Part shown: positions 54,830-61,766 of the stretch, one piece after another
Layout: the number at the start of each line of letters is the position of its first letter
Position numbering within the stretch: position 1 is the first letter of the stretch
DNA from: a virus
Taxonomy: Duplodnaviria; Caudoviricetes
Reading direction: 5' to 3' (one strand)
Length of the DNA stretch: 64,000 bases
IMG/VR virus record: IMGVR_UViG_3300033067_000859
Span: 15,157 to 79,156 of that record
Notes under the pieces: model-generated
The model's database searches: none
Seen by the model: the letters and a program-made list of their open reading frames with translations, nothing else
What the model was told of the DNA's origin: nothing
Made by a program: the position numbers and the translations under genes

Positions 54830-55430
54830 ATTTCTTATTCAACTCATCTACTACTACGGATAGCTCCTCGGCAGTAGTAGCTGAATTTATTTTTTTGCTA
54901 AAATACTCGATGTAACTATGCACTCTAATTTTTTGAGTTTGCATATTTTCCACATATAGTTTCACTTCCTTATATGCTTCTTCAGAACTCATTCCGCATA
55001 TTAGACCGTACTCAACAATAGAATAATCAAATGTGCCAGCAGTAGGATCGCATTGATTTAACGCCATAGCTAAATCGTTTTCAACAGTTGGTACTGGGCT
55101 GTCGAATATCTTTTTAAGTACAATATTGGCAAGTAGGATTAGTTTGACAAACGCGGGCGCCCGAAGTGTAGCAAGCCTACGTTTTTCGGTATAAAACGGA
55201 TTAACTGAATTAGTGGGCAAATCGTCAATTGATTTACTCTTATGACTCCACATTAAATCCTTTGTATGCACATCGGCAACTTCTAATTTAGAATATAAGT
55301 TCTTTTGTACAGGATAGATCACACCCAAGTCGCAGTCTAGTAACCCCTGTCTTAGTTTGTTGGCAATAGGCAAACTACTACCAACCCATACTATTCCGTC
55401 GTTACTGAGGTCGTAAATAAAACATTTCAT
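54807..55430 (-). CDS. hypothetical protein
   Basis: Start set to MKCFIY, 4 nt after ATAAATA (55441-55435); helical C-terminus KINSATTAEEL. Confidence 0.65.
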   Translation of the reverse strand: MKCFIYDLSNDGIVWVGSSLPIANKLRQGLLDCDLGVIYPVQKNLYSKLEVADVHTKDLMWSHKSKSIDDLPTNSVNPFYTEKRRLATLRAPAFVKLILLANIVLKKIFDSPVPTVENDLAMALNQCDPTAGTFDYSIVEYGLICGMSSEEAYKEVKLYVENMQTQKIRVHSYIEYFSKKINSATTAEELSVVVDELNKKFVKDSYI

Positions 55431-55471
55431 GCAATATTTATAGGGCACTACTTAGACAATGCGCAAAATAC

Positions 55472-55540
55472 ATAAATATAATGTTCGATAAAACTTATGC
55501 GGTCCCCACCGCGTAGAGCATAGAACGCTATTTAAGGAGA
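55472..55540 (+). promoter_or_regulatory. late promoter ATAAATA followed by a structured 5' leader
   Basis: TATGCGG-TCCCCA-CCGCGTA hairpin enclosed by GTTC/GAAC; SD TAAGGAG just downstream. Confidence 0.6.
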
Positions 55541-55545
55541 AACAA

Positions 55546-55950
55546 ATGGGACGACCACTAAACAAAAGAAATTTCGGAGCAAATTCGGCCAGCAACCTCA
55601 AAGTTCAGTTTTTTAACGGAACTAATAGTGTACCTGGATTTATTGTAAAACAAACTGGAAGTAAGAGATTCGTTTGCCAAGATGCTGGCGGCACAACTGC
55701 TACCTGTTTTCTAGTAGATAAGGCCTCAGCCGATTTAGAGGCCGGCGAAATGTCTATTACTGTTGCATTTGACGACGGTACAGTTGCACATGTTACAAAA
55801 ATTTCAGGACGCAAAATGACAGTTAGCGGAACTCAACAGCCATGGAACTTTAGTTCGAGTATCGTTGATGAGCGTGTACAAGTCGAAGAGGCAGGCACTA
55901 ACGAAGAGCTAACAGATTCGATTGACTTAGAAGGCGACGAAGAAGTTTAA
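55546..55950 (+). CDS. virion structural protein
   Basis: Strong SD, own late promoter and own terminator. Confidence 0.7.
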   Translation: MGRPLNKRNFGANSASNLKVQFFNGTNSVPGFIVKQTGSKRFVCQDAGGTTATCFLVDKASADLEAGEMSITVAFDDGTVAHVTKISGRKMTVSGTQQPWNFSSSIVDERVQVEEAGTNEELTDSIDLEGDEEV

Positions 55951-55970
55951 TATCACTCTAAGATGTTAGG

Positions 55971-55992
55971 TAGCTGCTTCGGCAGCTATTTT
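55971..55992 (+). terminator. intrinsic terminator with a C(UUCG)G loop
   Basis: TAGCTGC-TTCG-GCAGCTA-TTTT. Confidence 0.85.
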
Positions 55993-56009
55993 CTTATCTA
56001 AATATTTGG

Positions 56010-56017
56010 TATAAATA
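56010..56017 (+). promoter_or_regulatory. late promoter TATAAATA
   Basis: Exact T4 consensus 18 nt before ATG 56036; a second CTAAATA lies at 55998. Confidence 0.7.
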
Positions 56018-56035
56018 CGTAAAACAGGATTGTTA

Positions 56036-56599
56036 ATGGCTACGGTAAAAAGAACGAACACTGACTACGAAATTTATGCACCAACAGTTACTATTAATGG
56101 TAATTTGGTTGTAGTTGGCACAACGAGTCAAATAGAGTCAGTTGATACCCTAGTTTACGACAATTTTTTAACATTAGCTGCCGGGCAATCAGGTGCCCCG
56201 GCTATTGATGCAGGTATTGAAGTTGAACGAGGCGATCAGCCCCGCGTTGGTATACGCTGGAAAGAAAGTGACACTAGCTGGCAGTACACTAATGATGGTA
56301 TTGTTTGGAAATCCTTTTCTAGAACTAAGGTACAGGATGATCCCGACCCTCACCTAGGTGGGAACTTGATCGTCAATGATTTTACAATTACTGCCGATCC
56401 CGGACATAACGTTAGTATTGGTCCTGTTATAACGATTCCGCATATAGACGTTGATGCAAATGCAACACCTGCACATAGCACAATATATGCTAAAGAAACT
56501 CAAGCTGGAAATACTGGTATATTTGTATCTAATGATCGTGTAGTGGGTCATGAACTAATAACCAAGCGCAAAGCCTTCATCTATTCTATTATATTTTAA
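56036..56599 (+). CDS. virion structural protein
   Basis: AGIEVERG, DPDPHLGGNL and ELITKRKAFIYSIIF; late operon. Confidence 0.65.
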   Translation: MATVKRTNTDYEIYAPTVTINGNLVVVGTTSQIESVDTLVYDNFLTLAAGQSGAPAIDAGIEVERGDQPRVGIRWKESDTSWQYTNDGIVWKSFSRTKVQDDPDPHLGGNLIVNDFTITADPGHNVSIGPVITIPHIDVDANATPAHSTIYAKETQAGNTGIFVSNDRVVGHELITKRKAFIYSIIF

Positions 56600-56600
56600 C

Positions 56601-56909
56601 ATGGCAATAACTAATACAAAAATAAACACAGGATCTACTCCAGTCTATACCAGTGTAGGCGACAATGCTATTGTTGTTGCATACTTTTGCAATACATCGA
56701 CGAACCCGGCCATGTTTAGTGTTCATGCAGTACCCGAGGGCGGAACAGCCAGTGGGGATAATCTAATTTACGCTAATGTAAACGTAACCGGAAATGACAC
56801 ATATGTTATGGATACCGAAAAGCTAATATTGGGCGATGGCGATTCGATATGGGCTACATCTACAGAAGATGATGTAATTGTAGTGACTATTTTTGACGTT
56901 GAGGTTTAA
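56601..56909 (+). CDS. small virion structural protein
   Basis: Beta-rich, EKLILGDGDSI; packed in the late operon. Confidence 0.65.
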   Translation: MAITNTKINTGSTPVYTSVGDNAIVVAYFCNTSTNPAMFSVHAVPEGGTASGDNLIYANVNVTGNDTYVMDTEKLILGDGDSIWATSTEDDVIVVTIFDVEV

Positions 56910-56910
56910 T

Positions 56911-57336
56911 ATGGGTCGTTACATCAAGAACACCCAACTTAATACTGGCAGCTATAGCATCAGGATGCCGTACGCTCCTGCATCAGTGGGCCCGAATGCA
57001 CCAGTTGATGGGTTAGTTAAGTACAATCTCACTATCAACAGAATGCAATATTATAGTCAGGGATCGTGGCGCAACTTTGCCAAAGAGGGGCGAGTTGAGT
57101 TGTTAAAAGATACATTTAGCGGGGATGGTGAATCTCGTGCTTTTGGTCCGTTGTCAGTTTCGTATTCTGCCTCAGGCGACGAATTATATGTATTGGTTTT
57201 TATTGGCAGTGTTTTTCAGAATCCCGGGGTAGCATACATATTGTCAAATGACACTATTACTTTTACTGGAACTCCGGGTGCAAATCAGCCTATTGTTATT
57301 TTACACGGGCTTGGCAGTACATCTACAGTGGACTAA
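56911..57336 (+). CDS. virion structural protein
   Basis: GDGESRAFGP and VFIGSVFQNPG Ig-like fibre motifs; start set to ATG 56911. Confidence 0.65.
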   Translation: MGRYIKNTQLNTGSYSIRMPYAPASVGPNAPVDGLVKYNLTINRMQYYSQGSWRNFAKEGRVELLKDTFSGDGESRAFGPLSVSYSASGDELYVLVFIGSVFQNPGVAYILSNDTITFTGTPGANQPIVILHGLGSTSTVD

Positions 57337-57339
57337 CAA

Positions 57340-58173
57340 ATGGCAATAGGACGCATATCTGGACCAATGCTTTTTCAGAACCTGGAAAGACAGGGGCTGG
57401 ATTTATCAATTGACGGTAACTTATTATACTTTGATGTGAACCGACGTCGGGTTGGTATAAACACCAGCTCTCCTGAATTTGATGTGCATATTGCTAGAGT
57501 TGGAGAAACTCCGGCTACTTTCTTTGTTGATGGTAACATTATTGGATCTACAATTACTGTAGCCAATGCATACACACTTCCGACAGAACCCGGTCGTAAC
57601 GGCGATGTCCTAACTAGCGACGGTAATAATAAAGCTATATGGACTAATGTTAGCTCGGCAAGTCAAATTGATCGTAAAAAGTTTAATTATGAAATAGCCG
57701 ATTTGCCAGCTGGCGCATACGAAGAATTTACAATGGATTTAGGTATTGCTAGTATTGTGTATGGGCTAACCGTTAGTAGGCCCTGTGTAGTTGAAGTATT
57801 TTCTACTCCCGGACTTAACGATACGAACCCTTATACATTCTTGGCCACTTTAGATCACTTAACAGATGACGGTTCAGTACTCTTAAACGACGGTAGTGTT
57901 ATACAGCAACGTCAATATAGCATTTTTGCTAATCAAGAAGAGCCGGCAAAACCTAAAGTATATGCAAGAGTGTCTAATACAGACGGTGTTTCGGGTAATG
58001 TAAGCATAAGCCTTACTTATTTTGCTGCATTGACAGATAATGCAACTGGCGTATATGAGACAAATTTAGTTGAAAATTTGCCCTTAGTTGGATATGAGGG
58101 ACAAAATTTGCTACAAAAAAGCGATGGAAAAATGTACGTTTGGTACAATTCTAAGTGGAATACCGTTGCTTGA
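57340..58173 (+). CDS. fibre-like structural protein
   Basis: RVGINTSSP and GDVLTSDG fibre repeat motifs. Confidence 0.65.
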   Translation: MAIGRISGPMLFQNLERQGLDLSIDGNLLYFDVNRRRVGINTSSPEFDVHIARVGETPATFFVDGNIIGSTITVANAYTLPTEPGRNGDVLTSDGNNKAIWTNVSSASQIDRKKFNYEIADLPAGAYEEFTMDLGIASIVYGLTVSRPCVVEVFSTPGLNDTNPYTFLATLDHLTDDGSVLLNDGSVIQQRQYSIFANQEEPAKPKVYARVSNTDGVSGNVSISLTYFAALTDNATGVYETNLVENLPLVGYEGQNLLQKSDGKMYVWYNSKWNTVA

Positions 58174-58248
58174 GTTGCTTAGTTTTTTGAACGTGGTAAA
58201 TAACTTTATGAGCACAAATAATAACCCATTGGGCGAGGAGAATAATTA

Positions 58249-60276
58249 ATGGCTGCAATAGTACCAAACTTTTTTTCAGTAGAGAGAAAAGGATACACAA
58301 AAGTATCTGATCTTTTTGTTGATGTTATGAAGGACATGCTTGAACACGGTTTTACCTTTGTCAACTGTTCCAATACCTTGTCTGCCGATCAGGCAATGAC
58401 ATACTGGCAAACCACAGTTCAATCTAGTGGGACCGGACACAAAGTTGGCGAAAAACTTTACGTAACAGACGGGACTAGGCCATTGTACAACGGTACACCT
58501 CGCCCGGCCCCTTACGTTCTTGTAACTAGCATCAGCAACACAGGACCAACTGCGGGATCTGTCACTGGGGTCACCGAAGTCATTTGCGACTACGATTTCC
58601 CAGTTTGGACTGTTCCGCCAACTGGTAATGTTACGCTGGTTTCGAACATTAGTTCGGGGGCCGCATCTAACGTTATTATTTCGGTAGCTAACGTAGAAGC
58701 AGTTACTTACAGAACCGAGGACGAGTTTGGGGGATCTACTGCAAACGTAATTTCGGCACCGCAGCACTTTAGCTTTACATTAGAGGCTGGTGGCACAGTT
58801 GATCCATTGAATATTTCGGATTTGTCGGACGCTGGATATAAGGCACCGGCCGATCGCCAGCCATGGCGTGTGCAATTTGTAATCAGTGATGAGCAAAAAG
58901 CTTCCGGATCGGTAGCAACTAGTTTGCAAATGAGTTATGACGATGCATTGGGCAAAGTTAAAATTAGTCAAATCACTGACGACTTTGGTACTGTCATTGA
59001 CAACGTAGGTGCAATCGGCGCAGCTCAACCTGGAGGCATCTTCTCTGACTTGGATTTAAATCAAGGATTTTATAACAGAAAACTAAGGGTTGCAAATCAG
59101 GAAAAGACTTTCCCGCTGAGCTACATGTTGTCGATTACTAATCGTGGATTCTTTTTAGGAATTTACGAAGGATCATGGAGTACAATTCGTGCAGCAACTA
59201 CAGTTAATAGTAACTATTTTAACTGGGTATTGGTTCAGAGACCAGTAGACCGCGGAACTGGTATTACTTTAACTAGAGGCAAAGCACCAGTTTTCCATGT
59301 TAACAGTGTTAATTACAAGTATTACAAATCTGTAGTACGTGAAGCTGATATTCTTCACCCTACAAGTGGACCTAGCCCAACACCGGCTACAGGTAACTTG
59401 ACGATTACAGCAACTGCGGTATCGTCATCTACACCGGCAGCTTGGATCGCAACCGGGGTACCTGATACAATTACTGGCGATACTACTAAGTTTCTTTCAG
59501 AACTAACAGCTGGTAGTTCGATCTACGACGGTACCGGAAACTTTATTGGCACTGTAAAGAGTATCAAGAATGATATTGAGTTTACATTCCAACAAAAGCC
59601 TTTGAAGTCAGTCACTGCTATAGACTTTTTCTACACACCGCCAAACATCCAAGCATTGCGTGTATTGGCAGATGTGCATAGTCCCGACAGTCACATGATT
59701 TTTAACAGCTCGGAACAAGTTGCGCTAACCGAAGATAAAACATATCTATTAAGTTTCCCCCATAACTTAACAACACCTAGATTCCGTTACACAGAAGAAC
59801 TAGATATGATTGGCACAACTAGCTCTGATGTAGTTATGAGCGGGCAAGACATTCAGTTCAAGACATACAGTGAAGCCGGTAAGCGTACATATCGCGCATT
59901 ACCTTCTAACGGTGCGTTGAACACTGGACTTAGAATGGCAGTGTTGTGGAAACCAGAGGGCCCGGCTTGGGTTAGTCCAGCAGAAGGAAACCAAGGGGAT
60001 ATCAGAGAAGGCGATCCAATTGACGTAACATTTGTTGCTACCCGTGTACCGGCTGCAACTGGTGATGCGAGAGAAGCACCATACTATAGACTTGAGCGCG
60101 GATCGTTCCCAGCCGGCCTAACATGGGATCCTATCGCTGGTAGATTAACTGGACAAATTGCAGCAGCCGATTATTCGGAAAGAACCATTATCAAATTTAC
60201 AATAGCCGCAGTTAGCGCCGAGTCTGATAAGGGATATACTTCGAGAGACTTCTGGTATACTTTTGTCCCGCAATAA
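58249..60276 (+). CDS. virion structural protein with a C-terminal Ig-like domain; paralogue of 60295-61692
   Basis: SD GAGGAG; FPLSY..WVLVQRPVD..RFRYTEELDM; ends with GSFPAGLTWDP..GQI. Confidence 0.7.
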   Translation: MAAIVPNFFSVERKGYTKVSDLFVDVMKDMLEHGFTFVNCSNTLSADQAMTYWQTTVQSSGTGHKVGEKLYVTDGTRPLYNGTPRPAPYVLVTSISNTGPTAGSVTGVTEVICDYDFPVWTVPPTGNVTLVSNISSGAASNVIISVANVEAVTYRTEDEFGGSTANVISAPQHFSFTLEAGGTVDPLNISDLSDAGYKAPADRQPWRVQFVISDEQKASGSVATSLQMSYDDALGKVKISQITDDFGTVIDNVGAIGAAQPGGIFSDLDLNQGFYNRKLRVANQEKTFPLSYMLSITNRGFFLGIYEGSWSTIRAATTVNSNYFNWVLVQRPVDRGTGITLTRGKAPVFHVNSVNYKYYKSVVREADILHPTSGPSPTPATGNLTITATAVSSSTPAAWIATGVPDTITGDTTKFLSELTAGSSIYDGTGNFIGTVKSIKNDIEFTFQQKPLKSVTAIDFFYTPPNIQALRVLADVHSPDSHMIFNSSEQVALTEDKTYLLSFPHNLTTPRFRYTEELDMIGTTSSDVVMSGQDIQFKTYSEAGKRTYRALPSNGALNTGLRMAVLWKPEGPAWVSPAEGNQGDIREGDPIDVTFVATRVPAATGDAREAPYYRLERGSFPAGLTWDPIAGRLTGQIAAADYSERTIIKFTIAAVSAESDKGYTSRDFWYTFVPQ

Positions 60277-60294
60277 TAGAATTAAGGAAATATA

Positions 60295-61692
60295 ATGTCA
60301 GTAACAACATACATAAGAGATGGCGTAAGCGATTGCAGAGATCTTATTAGATACCTGGTTAGAGATTTAGAAGGTAAGGGTAAACCGGTAGGAGCCGCAG
60401 ACGATTTTGTGCCACCGGCCCATATGAAAGTCATTTACCCAGCCGACTTTGACTCTCTGGCCACAGACGAGTTGCCCGATGACACTTTGGTTATATTGGA
60501 AAGTACAACGGACATGGATCCATTTGCTCGTGACGATCCGGCAACCGAAGACTTATCTAAAGATCCGTGGCGTATTGCGTTTCATACTAGTAAATGGACT
60601 GGTAGAACTACCGCAGCTAACGTTCTAGGAAGTTGGGAACTTACGCCTGATCCTATTGGCATCAACAGTATGGCAATATACGTAGGTACTCCATCGACGT
60701 TATACGTTAACGAAAACGGCGATCCTATTATTGGATGGAATTCAGCTAAAACATCTTTGGCACCATATTTGACAGGTTATAATCCACCGTCTGCTACACA
60801 ATGGAAATACAAAACTACATACGTTCCTAGGGACTTACAAGAGCCTGTGGGAAATACCGGAGCCCCGTGGACCAATACATTTGATCCAACTCCTAATGCA
60901 GTTAAGTTTCAGGCAGGCACTGGTGTTGCTCCAGAAGTATACCAGTCCCCGGCAAAATGGGACGGTCCTGATGTTACAGACCCGAGTCAACTGTTTGTTA
61001 ACAAGTATGTAGTAGCTGGAACAAAAGCCAACACCTTTGGCGGTTTTACAGCAGATTCTAATTACGCATATCCATTGAGTTACAGAATTGTTCTAACAGA
61101 CCATGGATTGTTTTTAGGATGCTGGGGTCCAGATCCAGAAGAATCTGGAAAAGGGTTTAGCTGGTTATTAGTTCAACGTCCTGTAGACAAGAAGACTGGT
61201 ATTGTTCGCGGGGTTCCTCTAAATCCAGAAGATCCGGTAAGTGACCAAATTTATTATCCAAACACTCCTAACGTCGGTAACCGACCTCTGTTCTGTGTAA
61301 ACAGCGTAGGTGGAAAGTACTGGAAATTTGTTGTTCGTGAACACGATAACGGAGTTCCTAGTGTCAGAAAAGATGCTACAGCAAATACACCTGATTCGGG
61401 TGCAGTTATTAATCCATATCCGCAACAAAGTTTAACTGAAAATGGCGAGTATGTTATCACTTTCCTAAACAACTTGAATAGCAGCCGTTTTAAGTATGCC
61501 GATGAATTGGACATGCTTGGTACTGTAAGTTCGGATGTAGTTGGCGGCGGTTCGGACATCGACGTAAACGTATACAGCGAAGCAAATCAGCGCACATACC
61601 ATGCATTGTGGAGCTCGGGCGCATTTGGATCTAAAATGCGTATTATGGTAGTTAAGAACGTGCCAAGTCCAAACGCTCTTCCAACAGTGTAA
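60295..61692 (+). CDS. virion structural protein; paralogue of 58249-60276
   Basis: SD TAAGGA; YPLSY..WLLVQRPVD..RFKYADELDM. Confidence 0.7.
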   Translation: MSVTTYIRDGVSDCRDLIRYLVRDLEGKGKPVGAADDFVPPAHMKVIYPADFDSLATDELPDDTLVILESTTDMDPFARDDPATEDLSKDPWRIAFHTSKWTGRTTAANVLGSWELTPDPIGINSMAIYVGTPSTLYVNENGDPIIGWNSAKTSLAPYLTGYNPPSATQWKYKTTYVPRDLQEPVGNTGAPWTNTFDPTPNAVKFQAGTGVAPEVYQSPAKWDGPDVTDPSQLFVNKYVVAGTKANTFGGFTADSNYAYPLSYRIVLTDHGLFLGCWGPDPEESGKGFSWLLVQRPVDKKTGIVRGVPLNPEDPVSDQIYYPNTPNVGNRPLFCVNSVGGKYWKFVVREHDNGVPSVRKDATANTPDSGAVINPYPQQSLTENGEYVITFLNNLNSSRFKYADELDMLGTVSSDVVGGGSDIDVNVYSEANQRTYHALWSSGAFGSKMRIMVVKNVPSPNALPTV

Positions 61693-61766
61693 TTTGTACA
61701 GGCTAACACAATACTTGTTAAGCTTTGGAGGGATTGGATTTAATTAGAGAATTTGTGGGGTAGTAA

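Noticed and set aside
55483-55527. Minimal HDV-like (theta) ribozyme, because of TATGCG-GTCCCCAC-CGCGTAG
   Set aside because: The putative P1 has a mismatch and leaves no J4/2 segment with a catalytic C before P2, and there is no adjacent tRNA.
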